Assembly: GCA_963719035.1 (NCBI GenBank)
Contig: CAVRAO010000002.1
Span: forward strand, 141,507 to 205,506
Length of the DNA: 64,000 nucleotides
DNA from: Methanobacteriota archaeon
GTDB taxonomy: Archaea; Halobacteriota; Bog-38; Methanoflorentales; Methanoflorentaceae
Direction: 5' to 3'
The first letter of the stretch is position 1; each line of letters opens with the position of its first letter. The notes under the pieces were generated by a model. The model saw only the letters and a program-made list of their open reading frames with translations. It ran no database searches and was not told where the DNA came from. Below, piece by piece: positions 61,519 to 64,000 of the stretch. Both the position numbers and the translations under genes were made by a program.

Positions 61519-62152
61519 TACGTCACCTCCTTTTTGTTTAGATAACTACCTGTATGCAGATATCATATATAGTTTCGCGCAAGACGTGCATTTTTTTTCC
61601 ACATCAAAGACATAAATACGGGTCTTAAGATGGTTGGTCGAACGGTGCTAAGCTGAATTATAGGCTTGTTTTGCTAAAACTCTGCTATTTAGCAGCGTTG
61701 TTAGATGCAGTAGAACTGTGCTCTTGTTCCAACAAGTTAAAATAGTACTTCGTTTGTGGCTAAAGCAGTTGGGAAAAGGCATCCAAAGCCGTGTGTCTCG
61801 CATAGAGCGTGACTACCTCATTTTTGGAGATACGCAGCGCCGCCCCCAACAGTATTCGTTGACAAGCGTAAATAGTGAGGCGGCGACTCTGCGAGGGGTG
61901 CTATTAAGTTATATATTGTTTATCCTATTTAGAAAGACCCATCAGCATCTCAGGCCAACAACACATCGTGGCCATGCTCGTTAAAAGGATTTGAAGAGAG
62001 TCAAGAGGGGCTGAAAGAGAGACGGGTGGTTGAGATAGGATTGCTAAAAGCGAGGAGAGCGCGTGAGCAACGAAATAACCGCAATTGCCAACAGATCTAG
62101 ATGTTAGCAGCAAACGCTAGACTTTTAAGCTCCGTCTCTGACTAAACTAAAG

Positions 62153-62998
62153 ATGAAATGTGAAGTTGGCGATCTACACTTCCAATACGAAATACGTGGC
62201 GAGGGAATGCCTGTACTGATGATCCACGGCTTTGGCATTGACCGTCACGTTATGACCGGCTGTATGGAGCCTGTTTTTGAAAGCCGCTCTGGATGGAAAC
62301 GCATCTACTTCGACTTACCTGGAATGGGTCGTACGCCGGCGCCTCGCTGGTTAAATAATGCAGATCAGATGCTTGAAGTGATCTTGGCGTTTGTAAATAA
62401 AGTCGTAAATTGTGACTCGTTCTTGGTTGCTGGTGAATCCTATGGAGGTTATCTCGCCAGAGCAATCATTAAATTGATGCCTGAACGTCTCAAAGGTGCC
62501 CTTCTCATTTGCCCTGTCATTGTAGCTGATCGAAAGCGACGCGAACTGCCAAGGCAACAGATATTCGTGAGAGACGAATCTTTCCTAGCAGGTGTTGAAA
62601 ATACCGAGTGCAAAAACTTGTTTGAGCGCGTGCTCGTTGTGCAAGATCAAAAGCGCTGGAATCGGTTTACGCAGGACATCATCCCAGGGATGCGCACAAA
62701 AGATCGAGCGTTTCTTGCACAGTTTCAAAAGCATGGGTACAGCCTCTCCTTTGATGTAGACCAACTTGAGCACCCCTTTGATCGACCGTCACTTATCCTC
62801 TCTGGACGTCAAGATACCTCAGTTGGGTATATTGACTCACTCAAACTAGTTGACAACTTCTCCCGCGGAACGTTTGCAATATTGGATAGAGCCGGACATG
62901 GGCTAGAAGTCGAGCAGGAGACTGTTTTCAACTGCTTAGTCAATGAATGGCTCAATCGTGTAGAAGAAGAAGATCGGGGTTTGTCTGGCTCATCATGA
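62153..62998 (+). CDS. alpha/beta-fold hydrolase
   Basis: HGFG oxyanion motif (IHGFGID), nucleophile elbow GESYGG, C-terminal His region. Confidence 0.7.
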   Translation: MKCEVGDLHFQYEIRGEGMPVLMIHGFGIDRHVMTGCMEPVFESRSGWKRIYFDLPGMGRTPAPRWLNNADQMLEVILAFVNKVVNCDSFLVAGESYGGYLARAIIKLMPERLKGALLICPVIVADRKRRELPRQQIFVRDESFLAGVENTECKNLFERVLVVQDQKRWNRFTQDIIPGMRTKDRAFLAQFQKHGYSLSFDVDQLEHPFDRPSLILSGRQDTSVGYIDSLKLVDNFSRGTFAILDRAGHGLEVEQETVFNCLVNEWLNRVEEEDRGLSGSS

Positions 62999-63393
62999 TC
63001 TGTTCCCACCTTGTCGCCTCTTGGCGTCAAGTTGTCCTCGTTCGATCGCTTGCGTATTTCAGTGAATAAAGTATAATGAACAAAGTTGCCAAAGCTCAAG
63101 AGGATAACACGAAAATGCAAAGCGTCAAGCAAAGCAACAACGATTTTGGGTCTCCCACACCGGAAAAAAGACCAGCTTAGTGGGTCACTACAGAGCGTCA
63201 GCCCGCCGCAACAAATATGGTTCGAGGTAGCCCATTGGGCGGGCCCTCGCTCTCCAGCATCGACATATTCAAATATGGACGGTTGTATTTAATGCTCTTC
63301 TGCGCGGTATGAAAGTGTTTCTAAGCGCGAATTAGATATACTCGTAGCTCTCAGGAACGTTCCTAGCAGGATTAGCAGAATCCAACACTCACG

Positions 63394-63758
63394 TTATTGG
63401 GCCGAAGGATCTTGTTGCATAATCCCGAAAAGGTTTCCTTCCGTGTCGGCACAATAAGCGTGGTATCCAACCCCAGGGACGACCGACTTGGTTACAACAA
63501 TGCGCCCTCCCGCGCTGACTACCCTCTGCGTGAACTCATCGATAGAGGGAACGTCCACGGTATTGACTGTCGTTTCGTTCCTCATCCGCTGCCTTATCGC
63601 TCCATTAATGCTGGTCTGGTCGCGATCATCAGTACTGACAAGCCAGTAGTCAACTGGCCCCCCCATTTGTTGATGCGCCAGTCAAAGACGCTCTCATAAA
63701 ACGCAGATGCTCTCGTCGGATCGTCCGCGGAGATTTCAAAATGAATAATTTTAGGCAT
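63394..63758 (-). pseudogene. VOC/glyoxalase-family gene with apparent frameshift inside a C7/G7 homopolymer (63658-63664)
   Basis: The ATG (complement of 63756-63758) opens [34 protein letters not shown]. The same protein continues in the adjacent frame ([10 protein letters not shown]...NLFGIMQQD; ORF 63394-63666). One more G in the G7 run would fuse them. Confidence 0.6.
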
Positions 63759-64000
63759 AGTCTCTCAATTGAAGTTGATAAGTAACTCCATAAATATATA
63801 GGTCTAGATCTTGCGCAAGTCAAGCTAAGCTTCGCATGGCTCCAATGCTGCAAGCAGTTCGCAACTATCATGCTTGATGAGCTTGCATGCGTCAGACACT
63901 GACGGTTGTGTTGTTCATACAATACTCGCCACAGAGCAAGCATGAGGCGGCTCAAATCAAAAAAAAGATCATGAACATTTGTGCGGTTTTTTCGAAACCT

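Noticed and set aside
61718-62113. Track ORFs 61718-61984 (+) and 61925-62113 (-) in the long divergent intergenic region
   Set aside because: They overlap each other, have no Shine-Dalgarno sequence and no family signal. The region is more plausibly regulatory or ncRNA space.
63397-63955. Track ORFs 63397-63699 (+) and 63650-63955 (-)
   Set aside because: Alternative-frame artefacts around the frameshifted VOC gene. Only the VOC reading, N-terminal ATG at 63756-63758 joined through the G7 run, gives a coherent domain.
1-64000. CRISPR arrays, rRNA genes, additional tRNAs
   Set aside because: No regularly spaced short direct repeats seen. No 16S/23S/5S-like conserved stretches. A by-eye scan for T-arm consensus (GGTTCRANTCC) found only the tRNA-Asp at 11795-11867 and its partial copy at 6151-6190. 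A computational tRNAscan or Infernal pass is still warranted.

Overview
This 64-kb window is an archaeal chromosome segment of about 50% GC. The lineage call rests on the gene content: thermosome, aRF1, GatD/GatE, TiaS, Taw1, the RNase P protein subunits Rpp30 and Pop5, exosome subunits Rrp4/Rrp41/Rrp42, L15e/L37ae, proteasome alpha, prefoldin beta, archaeal-type pantoate kinase and MptE. Most of it is densely packed conserved housekeeping genes: argS-prf1, hypCAE, queCE, tiaS, ths, ileS, the 'exosome/proteasome/RNase P superoperon', tatD-leuA, argH-gatDE, coaBC-pantoate kinase. The main accessory signal is a ~5.6-kb integrated element at a tRNA-Asp(GTC) gene. It is bracketed by ~108-bp, ~95%-identical direct repeats that comprise the tRNA promoter plus its 5' half up to the anticodon loop, and it carries an intact tyrosine-recombinase-like integrase, a signal-peptide-bearing SagB-type nitroreductase, a GYD-domain protein, a DUF1801 protein and several small ORFs, including an ATGA-overlapping tandem paralog pair and a 45-aa Zn-ribbon. 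Downstream of the tRNA there is a gene-poor, decayed stretch ending in a third 15-bp copy of the anticodon-loop core, followed by a cluster of three TrmB-family paralogs, one of which has only the C-terminal domain. Further on lies a compositionally heterogeneous block at 17-21.6 kb (AT-rich, then one GC-rich membrane-protein gene) flanked by a repeated ~34-nt hairpin motif. Four genes (a nitroreductase-like gene, a xylose-isomerase-like TIM-barrel gene, leuA/cimA and a VOC/glyoxalase gene) carry apparent single-base frameshifts; the leuA/cimA and VOC shifts lie at T4 and C7 runs, the nitroreductase-like one near short A runs, and the TIM-barrel one at no homopolymer. An RpoP-like Zn-ribbon ORF sits in its expected superoperon position but has no canonical start codon. 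No rRNA and no CRISPR array were found.
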